From the human T2T-CHM13v2.0 reference genome, Homo sapiens, in NCBI RefSeq assembly GCF_009914755.1, contig NC_060927.1: 64,000 nucleotides of DNA. One strand, given 5' to 3'. The notes under the pieces were generated by a model that was not told the DNA's origin, did not search any database, and worked only from the letters and a program-made list of their open reading frames with translations. Positions 41,300-54,194 of this stretch are shown one piece after another (position 1 is the stretch's first letter; every line of letters starts with the position of its first letter). The position numbers and the translations under genes were made by a program.

Positions 41300-42930
41300 C
41301 TATGGAGATAAACAAAGAAAAAACTAAAAACCATTCAGTAGCTCATTATGCAGAGGTCACTGTTTAAATCTTTCAACATCTTCTGTGTTTTTCTTTGCGT
41401 GTGTGTGTACACACATATTTTATACATCTAAAATTGTGCAGTAAGAACAATTCTGTATGCTGATTTTCACTTAGTATAAACATTTTCCCATATCACTAAG
41501 TATTTTTTGAAAACACCATTGCTATTGCTTGCATAATTTCCGTCGAGGATGTACTACACTTTAACCATTCTCTTATTGTTCAGCATTTAAACTAATTTTT
41601 GCTGTTAACGATAATTTTACTGTGAACATCTTTAGGTTTCTAATGGTTTCTTTTGGAGAGGTTTCTAGGACCTTACTGAATGAAAAGTTATGGGCTTAGT
41701 TAAAGCTGCTGAATCCTATTTCTAAAATGCTTCTGGAAAAGGTGGTAAGTCAGCAGTGTTAATGCCCCCTCCACTGAACTCCTGCCAACACTGAGAATTT
41801 TTTCAATCTTCACTAATCTTACAGATTTTTTCAAAAAAGTTATACTAGACAATCTTCATTTCTTTGTTTACTAATGGAGTCCAAACCTCTTTCATATCTT
41901 TCTCATTTGAATTTTCCTGGGAAATTGTTTGTGCATATATTTTTCCAGATCATTTATTGAGTTTTAATGTTTTCCTTCTCAATTTATATGAACTCTTTAC
42001 AAACTAACTACAGTAAATCTTTTTAGGTCATAATTGTTTCAAATACATTTTTGACTCACTGTCTGACAGATGTCTTAAAATGCCCTAAAAACGTTTAGAT
42101 GTTTATGATCTTTAAGCAGTATTTTAAGCCCTGCACTCATATACACACGCACTTGGTGAAGGTTTATGCTTTCCTTTAAAAGTCTCTTTTTTATTTTTTT
42201 TTTTCATTTTTAGCCCATCTGTGCTGACTTAAAATTATTTGGTAATATTTGAAAAGAATATGTGTAATGCATATGTAATCATAAAGAGAAAAGGTAAAAC
42301 AAAATTACATGAATCCACCACCCAACTTAAGGACTAGAACATACCTAGTTCATACACTAGAACATACACCTTGTGTTCCTCCCCAGTCTCAGATCCCTAA
42401 CTTTCCCAATATGGAATTATCATCCTGCTTTTGCCTTTGTTATTTGATTGCTTTTAAAAAACTAGTTTTATTATATATATGTTTGTGCCTCTAAGCATAC
42501 GTTTAGTTTTAATATTTTTGAGCTTTACAAAACTAGATTCTTCTTTTATCTCTTCATCTCAGTCTTGCTTTTTTTCAGTAAGTACTATGTATGTTTATCC
42601 ATATTTTATGAGAAGATGTAGTTCATTCATCTTCAGCACTGGATAATATTTTATTTCATTTCTCATCTATATGTCGGTTTGTATTCATGGTGCATATATA
42701 CAAGAATTTCTTCTAGAGAAATTATATATTATATTATATTCTTATTATGTATATTATGTGTGAGTGGCATTGCTGGGTTGAAGTGGATGTACATGTTCAA
42801 CTTTACAAGCCATTGCTAAATTGTTTTCCTGAATGGCTGTACTAATTACATTCCCAACTGTAGAATATAAGATTCCTGTTGCTTGACTTTCTTGCCAATA
42901 CTTTGATATTTTCAAGTATTGAAATCTGGT
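41300..42930 (-). mobile_element. L1ME-type fragments
   Basis: AT-rich antisense L1M text (GAGTGGCATTGCTGGGT...GGCTGTACTAATTACATTCCCA). Confidence 0.55.
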
Positions 42931-44864
42931 AGCCATTTTTCACCCAGTAGAGTTGCACTCACTTTTAAGGCTTATTGGTACAAGTTCTTAAAGACTGAAA
43001 AGGAGTTCTCAGAAACAAATCAAACCCATTTTTATTTGGGCTTCTCATTTCTCCTTGGGGTCAGACACTTAACAAGCTGTTCATAATATGTCATGCTGGG
43101 CCTAATGTTCAGCCCTTAGAAGAAAAGGCCATATCAGCTGAGACAAGTGAACAGCAGACAGAGTTAGGAATTAGGAAGCTTGGGCTCTAACCTGTTTCTG
43201 TCACTGAAGGTTTGCAGGGCCCACGTATGAGTCATGTCTCTGCTCTGCATCCTATCTGCTCACTAGGCATAACAGAACTGACCTTCCTCCCAGCCCTGTC
43301 GTGAGGATGAAATCCTGTGTGGAGCACTTTGAAATCTTTGGATGAAAAGCACGACAGAAGTGCCAAGTATGATTGTTACCCGTGCCAGCCACACTAGAAG
43401 ACAGCATAAAAATAGGAAGCAAAGAAAATTTCATTTTACAAAAGCTTCAGTGAGAAAATTGGCTGGTCAGAATGTCATTCCCTAGTTTTGGTTCACATAC
43501 ACGTTGTCTTTTATAAAATTAAAGGAAAAAAATAATTGTACACATTTTTGTCTTTGCCGGGAAGAAGCCCTTTGATCATCACCATCCCTGCGACGCCAGG
43601 TGAGTCCCTGATGCAGAAGGAAGATCGATACATGAGGAGACCGTGTGGAATCAGTTATTTGTAGTTGCTCCCCAATTTCTGTTTTTCATTGCAAGGAATC
43701 GAAGCCATAAAGTCTGAGGGGGTGTTACAGGTTGAGGATTAGGGAGTGTCTAAACCTTGACATCGTCACAACATAGGATCCGAGATACCTCCAGCTAAAA
43801 CAGAGACTGTGCTTTCAGAACTGGCCCTGCACGCAGCCTCTACTCCAGTGCTCTCAGGTCCTGTCCTTAATAGGAGAACATGAGAGCTGCAGATTTAAAA
43901 ACCCAAGAGGGAACCTTTGCAACAACCTTTGTTATATTAGGAATCCCAAAATAAGGTGAGTCATGCCCGTTAGTGTGCACCTTCATCCTAAAAATGACTT
44001 AGCTGTAGTTTTAATAGCTTATGTCCATCTTGGTATAATGCTGTAAGTGAGTTGTGATGAGCTGTAATCACCTTTGCTTATAAATTTGGTAGACTGTGGA
44101 AACAGTTCCAAACCACAGAAGAGACATTTCAAACTCTGAGCTTGCTGCCTGATATGACACACAGAGAATTTAGAATAGGAGTTTTGGATGCTGTTGCCAC
44201 GTCTTTACAGCCTGTCTTTTATACTGGAGTTTTAAAAAGTCAAAACCCTACAGGGTGGTTTGGTTGCTGCATCCCACTGAGAAGTTGAGAAAGTAAAAGG
44301 TAAGGGGGTGTAGCCATGGGCTTGTCAGGGGGACGTGAGTGACACTAGTCCACCCACAGCAACTGTTCCATGAAGTTATGAATCATATTGTACTCGACTT
44401 GTAATTTCCACCCAGGAAGGGAAAGCTACTGAGCACTATTGAAATGTTTTGTTCAGAAGTTTCTCAGAGGGAGGGTCTTCATAGTGTTTTATGGAATAAT
44501 TTGCATTCTAATCGGCATAATTGAATTATTGCCATAGAATTTGCATGGTATGGCTCCAGTAGAAATACTTTCCATTAAGAAATAAATACTCCTTAGAGAG
44601 GAAAAAATGTCCATCCACTGTAGTATCCAGTCACATGACAATCTCTATTTATTCCTCTTCATAACCCCATGAGAAGGGTCATCCTCACTGGAGTTTCAAT
44701 TTCTTAACCGAAGAAATTAGTTGAAAAGTGGAAATCCAACCTGCTGATAGTTTCTTTATCTGTCCACACCTAATAATGAGTTTGACTGATTCTTCTATTT
44801 AAATTGACAGATTATTTACACCTCTGTGAATTACAATGTTGCTATGGTCTTTCTTTCCTTTGCA

Positions 44865-44866
<2 letters not shown>

Positions 44867-44900
<34 letters not shown>
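44867..44900 (+). repeat. (TG)17 microsatellite
   Basis: Direct observation. Confidence 0.95.
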
Positions 44901-44901
<1 letters not shown>

Positions 44902-45294
44902 TTAGAACGTCTATAGTCAGGCTAAAATTCAGATCCCATCTTTATAATTCTTGTTTGTGTAATATGAATTTATCACAATGGCAGGAGAGTGAATTATCAT
45001 ACAGCCTTGAAATATCACACTGATTAAGACAGCAGAGAGCCATAGGGAAATGATGGCATGTTAAGCGAAAAAGAGTAGGAAATTATATCTTTGCCATGTT
45101 TTCAAGTACTTAAATTGTGCATGTAGAAGCATGGGCTGAAAAAGAAATATGGAAAAAAGAAACAAATGGTTGGTTGAAATTATGGGATTATGAGAGTTCC
45201 CTCTCCACCTTTTTATTCTTTTGTTTTCCATTAACACTCTTACAACATTGCTTGTGTAATAAACATGATTGTAAAATTATTCAGCTGGGTGATT

Positions 45295-46320
45295 AACAAT
45301 AGCCAAGATATGCAATCTGCTTAAGTGTCCACCAACAGATGAATGGATAAAGAACATGTGGTATATATACACAATGGAATATTATTCAGCCATAAAAAAG
45401 AATGAAACCTGTCATTTGCAGTAACATGAATGAGCCTGGGGGGGGCATTATGTTAAATGAAATAAACCAGGCACAGAAAGACAAATAACCGCATTATCTC
45501 ACTCATATGTGGAATCCAAAAAGTAAAAGGTAAGGGGATGTAGCCATGGGCTTGTCAGGGGGACGTGAGTGACACGAGTCCACCCACAGCAACTGGAAGT
45601 TGCTGGAAGTAGAGTAGACTAGTGGTTACCAGAGGCTGGGAAGGGTGGGGTGGGGAATGGGGAGAAGTTGGTGAAAGGGTACAAAGTTACAGTTAGGCAG
45701 GAGGAAGTTAGATAAGAGCAAGATAGCAGTTGTGGTCTGGGCATAGTGGCTCACACCTATAATCCTAGAACTTCAGGTGGCTGAGGTGGGCAGATGGCAT
45801 GAGCCCAGGAGTTTGAGACCAGCCTGGGCAACCTAGCAAAACCCCATCTGTACAAAAATTTAAAAAATTAGCCAAGCATGGTGGCAAGTGCCTGTAGTCC
45901 CAACTACTCAGGTGGCTGAGGTGGGAGGATCACCCGAGCCTGGGAAGGTCCAGGCTGCAGTGAGCCATGATCACACACTGTACTCCAGGCTGGGTGACAG
46001 GCTTAAACATTTTTGAAACCCCATCTCAAAAAAATAAAAAATAAGAATAGTTACAGTTAGATAAGCTCTAGTGTTCCATTGCACAGTAGGATGACTATCG
46101 TTAATAAAAATTTATTGTGTTTTTCAAAGCAGCTAGAAGAGAGGAATTTGAATGTTCTCAACACAAATGATAAATGTTTGAGATGATGGATATGCTAAAT
46201 ACACTTATTTGATCATTAAACATCGTATACAGGTATGGAAATATCACTTGTACCCCATATGTATATATAATTATTATGTATCAATTAAAAATAAAAGAAT
46301 AAAATTATATTTCAAAAATA
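45295..46320 (+). mobile_element. L1MA-type 3' end, interrupted by a 76-bp local duplication and an AluJ
   Basis: GATGAATGGATAAAGAACATGTGGTATATATACACAATGGAATATTATTCAGCC ... TATGTATCAATTAAAAATAAAA. Confidence 0.85.
45734..46043 (+). mobile_element. AluJ
   Basis: GAGCCCAGGAGTTTGAGACCAGCCTGGGCAAC; GGGAGGATCAC; GGCTGCAGTGAGCCATGATC. Confidence 0.88.
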
Positions 46321-47283
46321 CTTGGTTACAAGAGAAGATCTATCATAAAATGAATAAAGTTTAATAAATAAAGGACCTGAGTTACAGGTCCTTTCCCATG
46401 CACGGCCCCTGTGAGAGCCTGGGTTGCTAAGAGTGATAGAGTTCCAGGTGGAGAGAGGAAGCTGGGTTACAATCAGGAAACATTTCTATGTCAGCATTTT
46501 GGGTAAATTGCTTAAAGGGATCTCAGAAGAAAAGGAACTAATTCTCCAGCACTCCTGTAATTTGTCATGATATAATTTCTCATTCTAAGTAAATATTCGC
46601 TTTCATGCCTAATTTTGTATTTGCAATTTTGCATTCTTCTTCTTAAAGAGGGCTCCCATAATTGTATAAGCCTCATGCCTCACAAAACCTGAAGGTGCCT
46701 TTGGTGAGGAGGATCATCAGAACACCAGCAGAGTACCTCGACGTGTGAAATCTAGCACTGGATTCCATCCCTGACTTTTCCTAAGAATCACTGTGAATGC
46801 TCTGGACAAATTGCTGCTGCGCTGGGTGCTCCCTGTGTCATCACACTTCCTAATTGTACTTCTGGGTCCTCTGAAGCTGTTCCCAGTGCTTAATCGTAAG
46901 AAAAGAAGCTCCAAATACTAGTTCAGAAACTCAGGTAGAAAGAGACCTTAAATGTCATGTCCAGCCACTCTTCTGATGCTTGAGTCTTCTCTTCAGGAGG
47001 CATCTGGGCCTGGGCTTGGACCCCTTGCCTCAGTCAACCCATTAGAAGTGTCTTTCCTTGTCTTGAGTCAAAACCAGTGCACTGCTACTGGCATTGCTCT
47101 ATACTTCCAGGCTGTACAGAAGATGTCTAACCTTTCAGATGAGAATGGCAGAGGAAAGCAAGAAGAAAGAAACTTTAATTGTTCCTCAACTTCCCAATTA
47201 GGCACACCATTAGGGGTTTTTAATATGGTTCTTGATTTAATCTTCTCATTAACTTTCTGATGTAAGTATTATTATTTTATTCT

Positions 47284-47448
47284 AGGGTTCCCAGATGTAG
47301 CAAATAAAAATAGAGGATATCCAGTTATATCTGAATTTCAGATCAAAACAAATGATTTTTAAATAAAACATACACTCCCAAAAGTGTGAAATTAATTTGT
47401 CCTTGGACAAGAGATATGGAAATGTCATGTATTTTACCTGGAAATCCT
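47284..47448. mobile_element. MER53 (hAT MITE), right arm disrupted
   Basis: AGGGTTCCCAGATGTAGCAAATAAAAATAGAGGATATCCAGTT left arm; TTTTACCTGGAAATCCT right terminus. Confidence 0.65.
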
Positions 47449-47449
47449 G

Positions 47450-50070
47450 TTATTATGCCCATTTTTGGAGCTGAGGAAACTAAAGGTAGGAGCCTAGGTA
47501 AGTAGTGGAGCTGGAATCTAAGCCCAGGTCCTTGATTTCAAAGCACAACCCCATGCCCCACAATATCATACACTGATTTAGTATCTGCCTCCTACCTACC
47601 CCCAAGAAAAATGTGAAATTAATTTGTCTTTAGAAAGGAGCTACCAAAGCTATAAAAACAAAACAAATGTATTTGCAGCTAAGAGAAGACAATCTCCAGG
47701 AAACTACTGCTTCAGTTATTTGACACTGGGCAGAATTTTTGGTGAGAAATCAGCAAGATCATAGCCTGGAGTGAACACTGGAGGCATGAGATGTCCTTGA
47801 GAAAGAGGCTAGAACAGAGGGTGGAACGCCCCTTCTATTAAAGCAGTTGTTTTCCAGGGTCTCTGGAAAGCTCCTTCCTTTGTCGTGGCGGTGGTGGGGA
47901 AGGGGAGGCTGGGACCCTAATGCATGACTTTCCACCTGGGTGTCACTGGCACCTGATGTCCTAATCATATTTCCCTGTCACCTCTCAGTGCTGATTTACT
48001 TTCTCCTCCCATTCTACATGCTGCAGAACTAATTGCCTGCCTAATTGCCAAAACGAATTGCTGTGACATTCATTGTTCATCTGCTCCTTTCTCCGGCTTG
48101 AGCTCAGGCAGGTGGCTCCCATGAAGGCAAGGGTGGAATTATTCCTGCTTTAGGGCCAGGATGCTTCAGAGTGATGGCCCAACAATTATCTTCCTCATGG
48201 AGGCGGACCAAGGAATCACCTTCCTCATTGAGCAGGGGACAATAATTCTTGGCAGGGGTTCCCCTTCTTCTGCTGTAAGATTGGGTAGCTTTGACAGGTT
48301 GTGAGTCAGTTAAATTGTACTTTTCAGGGAGTTCCTCTCTCCCATTTGGAGATTAGGATTAGATTTGTTGGTTAAGAAACTGACCGAGAGAGGAGAGACA
48401 GCTCCTTGCTGGCCACATAGCTCATTCATGGTGAAGTTGAATCTGGGGCTCAGATATCCCAATTCATAGCCCAGAATGATTTCTACTGCACCACACCACA
48501 ACTGTTGCAGTTGCACTAATTACGGTTTTATATTTCCTTATAAACTTTTATTAAACCCCTATCAAATAGTATGTCCTCATTGGTAGCAAGAATAATAAAT
48601 ATTTATTGAGTTGTTATGAATATTAAGCCTACTTTTTTTTCATGTAATCCTGAAAAAAGGCAACATGACAGAGATGCTCTCAGTATCCTTATTTTATATC
48701 AGGGAAAGTGGAGGCAGAGGGAGGTTAATAACTTGCCCAGGTCTGACACCAGATCCCATCCTCTTACCCCCACAAGCCCATGTGCAGATTCCTCCTGACA
48801 GCTTCTGGATTCTGATACACGAAAGAACTTATGAAGATGACTTGAAGGCTGGAGCTGGCGCAACATGAAACTAATCAACCAGATTATGCAAATTATTATG
48901 TAAACTCCTATTATTGAGCCAGGATTCATGACAGCCCCTTTTTTCCAACGCTGCTGAGATAAAAGCAAATGGATTGCAACACTAGCTTGGGATGAATTCA
49001 GGGAGCTTGGAAAGAATTCCTGGGATTTTCTGGGCAGTGGAAAAGACAGTGGGTTGGGAGTCAAGAACCTGAAGTTTAGTTCCGGATCTGGCATTAGGTA
49101 GCTGCATGGCCCTGGGAGGACCTATGTGCCTCAGTTTCTTCAACTGTGAAACGAGATAAGACTCCATGCTCTGGAAGACCCCTGCCATTCTAGGCATCTC
49201 GGATGGCATGTCCAAGATGGAAGCACACAATGGCAGAGGCTTGTAGCGACCTTCAGGACAGCTTTCCAGTAGCTGTAAATAAAAGTCTTATTGTTTGGTT
49301 CTTGGTCTTTCCCCCCTCTCAGTGACAGGAAGAATAATAAAAGCAATGGCACTATTGTGTGAAATAAGTGTTTTCTCATCCAAAAGAAAACATGACATAT
49401 ACAATAGCAAACCATTTGCAAGCTGAAAAAGTAATTAATTGTATAATTCACTGAACATGATAGGAAAAGTGAATTATGATAAAGGAGAAGGACTGAGAGT
49501 TAACAAATGAAAATTTTATTTAAAAGTTTTAAAATTTTGTTTTTTTTAAAAAAGGAGAGCATTGAAAGGTGATTAATCTACAGAAACAAAGAACTATTTC
49601 AAACACATTTAAAAAGGCACAATTAGAAGAATACCGCAAAAATAAAAAGAAAAATTCAGTTTGATCTGAGGGGGAAAAGAAAAAGCTGTTTTCATGAAAA
49701 ACAGATTTTGAAGTACTTTTGTCATCAGCTTCCTTTCAATTCTTCTGGTTAATTTCATGAAGGCTGTGCGACCTTTCAACTTCCAAATGTTTGCAGGAGG
49801 GAAGGGTGGTAACGTGTGAGTGGAAAAACAATTAATTTTCAAGGTATGGGATTTTATAGTAGAGACTTCCTTAGCAGGATGGACCGTGACAGGGTGTTAG
49901 TGATGGAGACCTTAGGAGGAGAGGGCAGAAGATATGGGTTTGAGGTCCTGATGTACTCTGCCTGCTGTGTGATCTTGGACAAGTTCCGACCCCTCTCAGG
50001 GGTTCAACATCTTCCTACCTACATGAAGTGATGGGATCAAACACCTCTGTGGCCCTCTCTAGTCTATATG
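47450..50070. mobile_element. Several dispersed MIR fragments (~47450-47550, 48330-48490, 48590-48760, 49030-49160, 49920-50070)
   Basis: MIR cores such as GAGGGAGGTTAATAACTTGCCCAGG, GTGCCTCAGTTTCTTCAACTGTGAAA, TGTGTGATCTTGGACAAGTT. Confidence 0.55.
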
Positions 50071-50524
50071 TTTGCATTTCTAACTGTAGAGCATGATAAA
50101 AAAATAAATCAGAAGTCAGTGATCTTTAGGTTACTAGTCAGGATGAAACTCAAAAGATCTATTTTTAAAATTATGAGTATTGGGTGTGGTGAAAATATTC
50201 ATATTTGGGGTCAGAGAGTTTTTCTAATAGAATCAATTCTAGAGCATTCAGACTTGCTCTCACCCCAAAGAGGAAGTGAATGAAAGCTCTTCTTTCTCCT
50301 CTGCTGCTTTCTTTGTCCATGGGAGTATGCAAATTTTTCTGGCAACACAGAAGACTGAACACAGGAAGCCTGAACCCCGTGAAGCCATAAGGCTTAGCAT
50401 GGGTGTGGAGGGTGATCAACCCCTCATCTGTCATTCAGAACTCCATGCTGCAACACAGAGGGGAAAAAAAACCTTCTGCTCCCTGTTTCAACCTCAAGGG
50501 CAGAGAACACAGGCCGAGTTGCTG

Positions 50525-51232
50525 TTCTTGTCTCACAATCTGGAGGCCAGAAGTCTGAAATCAAGGTGTCGGCAGGATTGGCTCCTTCTGGGAGCTGCGA
50601 GGGAAGTATCTGTTCCAGGCCTCTCTCCTTGGCTTACAGATGGCTGTTGATATGGTTTGGCTGTGTCCTCACCCAAACCCCATCTTGAATTGTAGTTCCC
50701 ATAATCTCCACGTGTCATGGAAGGGACCCGGGGGAGGTAATTGAATCATGGGGGCAGTTACCTTCACGCTGTTCTCGTGAAAGTGAGTGAGTTCTCAGGA
50801 GATCTGATAAGGGGACTTTCCTCATTTTACTCACTCAGTTCTCTTCCTGCCACCACTTGAAGAAGGACGTGTTTGCTTCCCCTTCTGCCGTGATTCTAAG
50901 TTTCCTGAGGCCTCCCCAGCCATGCTGAACTGTGAGTTAATTAAACCTCTTGCCTTTATAAATTACCCAGTCTTGGGTATGTCCTTATAGCAGCATGAGA
51001 ATGGAAATACAGCCATCTTCTCCATGTGTCTCTTTACATTGTCTTCCCTCTGTAAGCGTTCGTTTCTGTTATAAGACACTAGTCTTATTGGATTAGAGAC
51101 TGTAATGACCTCATTTAAATTTGATTACCTCAGTAAACACACTATCTCCAAATAAGGTCACATTCTGAAATATTCAGGGTTAGGACTCCAGTAATATCTT
51201 TTTGTGGGGAGACACACTTCAATCCATAACAT
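50525..51232 (-). mobile_element. MLT1 LTR split by a THE1 insertion
   Basis: CTGGAGGCCAGAAGTCTGAAATCAAGGTGTCGGCAGG left part; CTATCTCCAAATAAGGTCACATTCTGA right part. Confidence 0.8.
50648..51011 (+). mobile_element. THE1 MaLR solo LTR
   Basis: TGATATGGTTTGGCTGTGTCC ... AGCAGCATGAGAATGGAAATACA; flanks GCTGT / GCCAT fit a GCCGT TSD decayed at CpG. Confidence 0.9.
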
Positions 51233-52319
51233 ACTATAAGAGAAGGGAGCGCTTACCACTGTCCATTACCTGGAACCAGTTCAGACAACCATCATCTTTC
51301 TACATGCGATGGAGAAAACAGTTCACCTGGGCATTTTTGCTATGACAGGAGGAAACGTCAATATCAAACCATTGGAGAAGGTAGCTGAGTCATTCATTTG
51401 TGGCAGCAACCATCTTTCCTTCCCGCACCCCCTGGCTAGGCTGCTCCATGTTGGGAGGTGGTGTGTTCAGTACAGCCACAGTGAGCTAAGTGAGGGCTTC
51501 AGCTGCAGGCTGGAGTGACCCAGGGAGGAACTGCCGCCTATCAAAAGGAAACACCTGCCACAGAAGGTTCACTGAAGCCTGAGAAAATAAACGTCAAGAG
51601 CTCTGGGCTGTGCCACCACCAGTCTCCACCACTATTCTGAGGCAGAATGCACCTATTGGCTCACAATGCTGTGAAAGAAAACAAGAAAGTCGTGATGGTG
51701 AGCGCTGCCCTGCAGAGATAATGAGCCACTAGAGTAGTTCTGAGGCAGGAGCCAGAGGAGCTGTGACACAGAGGCAGTCAGGGAGTGGGACTGGGGTCAC
51801 AGGAGGGGCTGGACCCAGTGGTCTAGTGCCTCATCTCATTCCAGATATGTGACCTAAGATCTGCATGTGTGTGCCTGTGCATGTGTGTGCCTATGTGTAT
51901 GTGGATATGTGGCAACATATATGTGCATGCATGTAAGTGAGTACACATGCATGTGCATGTGGTGGGGTGTGGGTGACTGGATAGAGGGAGCATGGGGAAA
52001 GGGAGGGAAAAGAGGGTTAAAACCGTGACAGGATAATAAGCATCTGAAATACTTAACTACAACAAAATGTTCTGAGGCTTTGTACAGCCTTATTTTCCAA
52101 ACTGCAGGTTGTGGCTCAGCAGTCAGCTGGGAAATCAATTTACCCATGCAGAGATTCTTAACCTGGGTCTGTGGACACTGCCCTTTCCCCACAAGAGGCC
52201 CAAGGATAGAATTGTATTTCAATATCATTGATTTCCTTTGTAAGCCTAAGAGTTTTGCTTTATGCATTTAAAAACACTACAAGAAAGGATCCATAGGCTT
52301 CATCACATGGGGTAGAAAT

Positions 52320-52402
52320 GGCACGTGCACACATGCGTACACACACACACATACACACAAACAGATACACACACACACACAAACACATATACACACACAC
52401 AC
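52320..52402 (+). repeat. Compound (CA)n-rich repeat; related TG/CA-rich tract at ~51862-51962
   Basis: Direct observation. Confidence 0.85.
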
Positions 52403-52594
52403 AAGGTTAAAAATCTCTAGGTCAAAACCAGCATTTTAAAAAGTTATTAAGATAACTAGATTATAAAGAAATTAAAAAATTTGAGCTATGCATGTAATGA
52501 GGGTACTGTTTTGTGAAACTGGTTTTAGATATACAAATACTTGTGTATATAAAATATACATATGTATATGTGTGTACATATTTATGCACACACA

Positions 52595-52890
52595 TTTATT
52601 TATTTGTTTATTTTGTGATGGAGTCTCGTTCTGTCACCCAGGCTGGAGTGCAGTGGCATGATCTCAGCTCACTGCAACCTGTCTCCCGGGTTCAAGCAAT
52701 TCTCCTGCCTCAGCCTCCTAAGTAGCTGGAACTACAGGCATGCCACCATACCCAGCTAATTTTTGTATTTTTAGTAGAGACGGGGTTTCACCATGTTGGC
52801 CAGGATGGTCTCGATCTCCTGACCTTGTGATCTGCCCGCCTCAGCCTCCCAAAGTGCTGGGATTACAGGTGTGAGCCACCCTGCCTGGCC
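52595..52890 (-). mobile_element. AluS (Sc/Sg-like)
   Basis: Full antisense dimer; GGCCAGGATGGTCTCGATCTCCTGACCTTGTGATC; ATTTATT flanks. Confidence 0.92.
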
Positions 52891-54194
52891 ATTTATTTTT
52901 AACTGTAGGGCATAGGGCAAAAAATTGATAGCTAGTGTTCAATAGCCTACTGGACATTAGGGTAAAAGATTTTTTTAAAAAATTTTTAAAAATTATGAGT
53001 GAGGAATGTAGTGGGCCATTTGTGTTTCAGAGTGGAGGGCTCTGCTATTAGGCAGACATTTGACTTTTCACTCGGCACATCCACATTCCAGCCAGTCTCC
53101 CAGTGAATGGTGATAAGCTGGCCCTGATCATGCCTGTATGGCTACACCCCTCTCTGCCTTGTTGAGGCCTGAGTTAATTTGAAGTGTTGCAGAGACATGT
53201 GTTGATTCCTGTGGCTACAAGGCTCCCGGAAGTGTCAGAGGCAGAGGTATTGTTTCCTGGGAGGGGTGTCTTCCTGTGTACCGCTGGTGTACCACTGGTG
53301 TATGCCTGCCCAGAAGTTTGTTCTTTCACACCCACAGGGCCACCTGAAGAAACAGAGATAGGGTCTCCCACGGAATGGGGCAGCAAAAGAAGTAAAGCAA
53401 AAGTGAAGAAAAGAGAAATAGGGGGCAGCAAGTGTTCAGGAAAAGGGGGGTCAGATAGGAGAGAGAAGCAAAGAGAAAAATCAAAGTGTATAAAGCAAGT
53501 GGCGGGACTCGCTGAGCTGTAGGTGTAGTAAGAAGCTATCACACCAGCCTGTTAGCTCCCTGCAGGATTCACAGCATCAAGGATGGTGAAACCGAAAGAA
53601 AGAAAAGGTAGTTCAGCAGGAAAGATCAACAAAGACAAATCCTGGGACGAATCCAAGCTGCTATTAGAATCGAACCAAGCAAAGATATGACCACCTATGT
53701 TAGCGACCTGTTGCTTAGTTTATTTTAAATGAAACTCATATTTACTTGATTAATTTAGAAAATCTGAGATTCACTAGAGCAGGAACTTTGCCTTCCTCAG
53801 TTCCTAGACCAGTACCAGTTACATGGTGAAGGCTTAATAAATATTTATAAAGGAATGTTAATTAATCAGCTGGTAATTGATATGTAAAATTGCTTGAAAT
53901 TATAAAATAATAGTGACAACTAAAAGTAATACAGTGCATAATAGTTTAGAAATCAACTTCATGATTATCTCATTTAATCCTCACACAGTCCCATCAGGTA
54001 TCACCATGATCATCCTCACCTTAAGAATAAGACACTAGTTCGAAGCCACTCTATGATTTGTGCCTGGGATTTTAATCAATATTCTCTGATGCAAAAGCCA
54101 ACCTAGCACTTTGCCTCTTTGGTCATGTTGTATGTGCCCACTCATGATAAGTGCTTGGTATATTTAAGTAGTCATATCCATAGTAGGTATAGGT

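Noticed and set aside
53174-53542. Overlapping 112 and 122 aa ORFs on opposite strands
   Set aside because: Non-ATG starts, purine-rich low complexity, no recognisable domain.
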